Source: Eledone cirrhosa (taxonomy: Eukaryota). From it: a stretch of DNA of 64,000 bases. Under the pieces are notes generated by a model. That model searched no databases. It was not told where the DNA came from and saw only the letters and a list, made by a program, of their open reading frames with translations. Position 1 is the first letter of the stretch, and every line of letters starts with the position of its first letter. Position numbers and translations under genes: made by a program. The stretch covers positions 57,040,001 through 57,104,000 of the forward strand of contig OZ024740.1 in the NCBI GenBank assembly GCA_964016885.1, read 5' to 3'. This document shows positions 63,617-64,000 of the stretch, piece after piece.

Positions 63617-64000
63617 GCTTTCTACGTGATTTTACTTTACTGGCGTGGCTTGCGAAAGAGAAGGGAGGGAGAGAGACAATCTTCTCTCTGCTGTAGTGAC
63701 GATTGAGGAAGAAGAAGACGGAATGAGTGACCTATGAAAATTCTTTTTCGTAGCCATGTTTTTTTTTGTTTAAAATAAATATTGGGCACAAAACCCCAAT
63801 AAGCGGTTATTTAACCCCGAAGGGCCAAATAACGGGCAGAAAGACCCCTCTCACGAGGAGGAGGGTGTTTTTGTCTACAATTTGGTTAAAGTTTTAAACA
63901 ATTTACAATTGTTATAGCGGTCAAAATTTACAATACCTTACAGAGCCGCGCCTCCGTCAACCATAGCATTCAATAATAATAATAATAATAATAATAACAA

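Larger units (their letters stand above)
57971..63971 (-). mobile_element. L1/Tx1-like retrotransposon copy 3 (intact ORF2)
   Basis: Two ORFs separated by 35 nt, ~214-nt 5' leader, 3' UTR with AATAAA. Confidence 0.96.

Noticed and set aside
47114-63706. Numerous plus-strand ORFs within the L1/Tx1 copies
   Set aside because: They are antisense shadows of ORF1/ORF2 or of low-complexity tracts, with no domains.
63915-63971. Spliced-leader RNA-like motif at the element 5' end (minus strand AAG|GTATTG, then AATTTTGA resembling an Sm site)
   Set aside because: The donor-to-Sm distance is only ~8 nt with no intervening stem-loop, and both motifs are short enough to arise by chance in AT-rich DNA.

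Overview
Repeat-saturated, AT-rich animal DNA. The SINE types and microsatellite load suggest a coleoid cephalopod such as Octopus (inference). I found no supportable host gene. The window holds several Penelope-like element (PLE) remnants, one forming a 4-kb inverted-repeat structure, and about 15 hammerhead-ribozyme (HHR) motifs read by eye, several with a compensatory U3-A8 core and two in non-coding retrozyme-like repeats. It also has a Helitron 3' fragment abutting a 5'-truncated RTE LINE with three C-terminal C2H2 fingers, and two adjacent 52-bp satellites built from one 26-bp ancestral monomer. Smaller items are a degraded CR1-group LINE, tRNA-derived SINEs and MITEs. From 45.85 kb to the window end lies a head-to-tail array of at least three ~6.05-kb L1/Tx1-like retrotransposons. 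The array sits in the (AAT)n tract of an RTE 3' UTR of the same family as the 6.6-9.4 kb element, and its spacers repeat that tract's diagnostic AAC-AAC interruption. All alignments and folds were done by eye and need computational confirmation.
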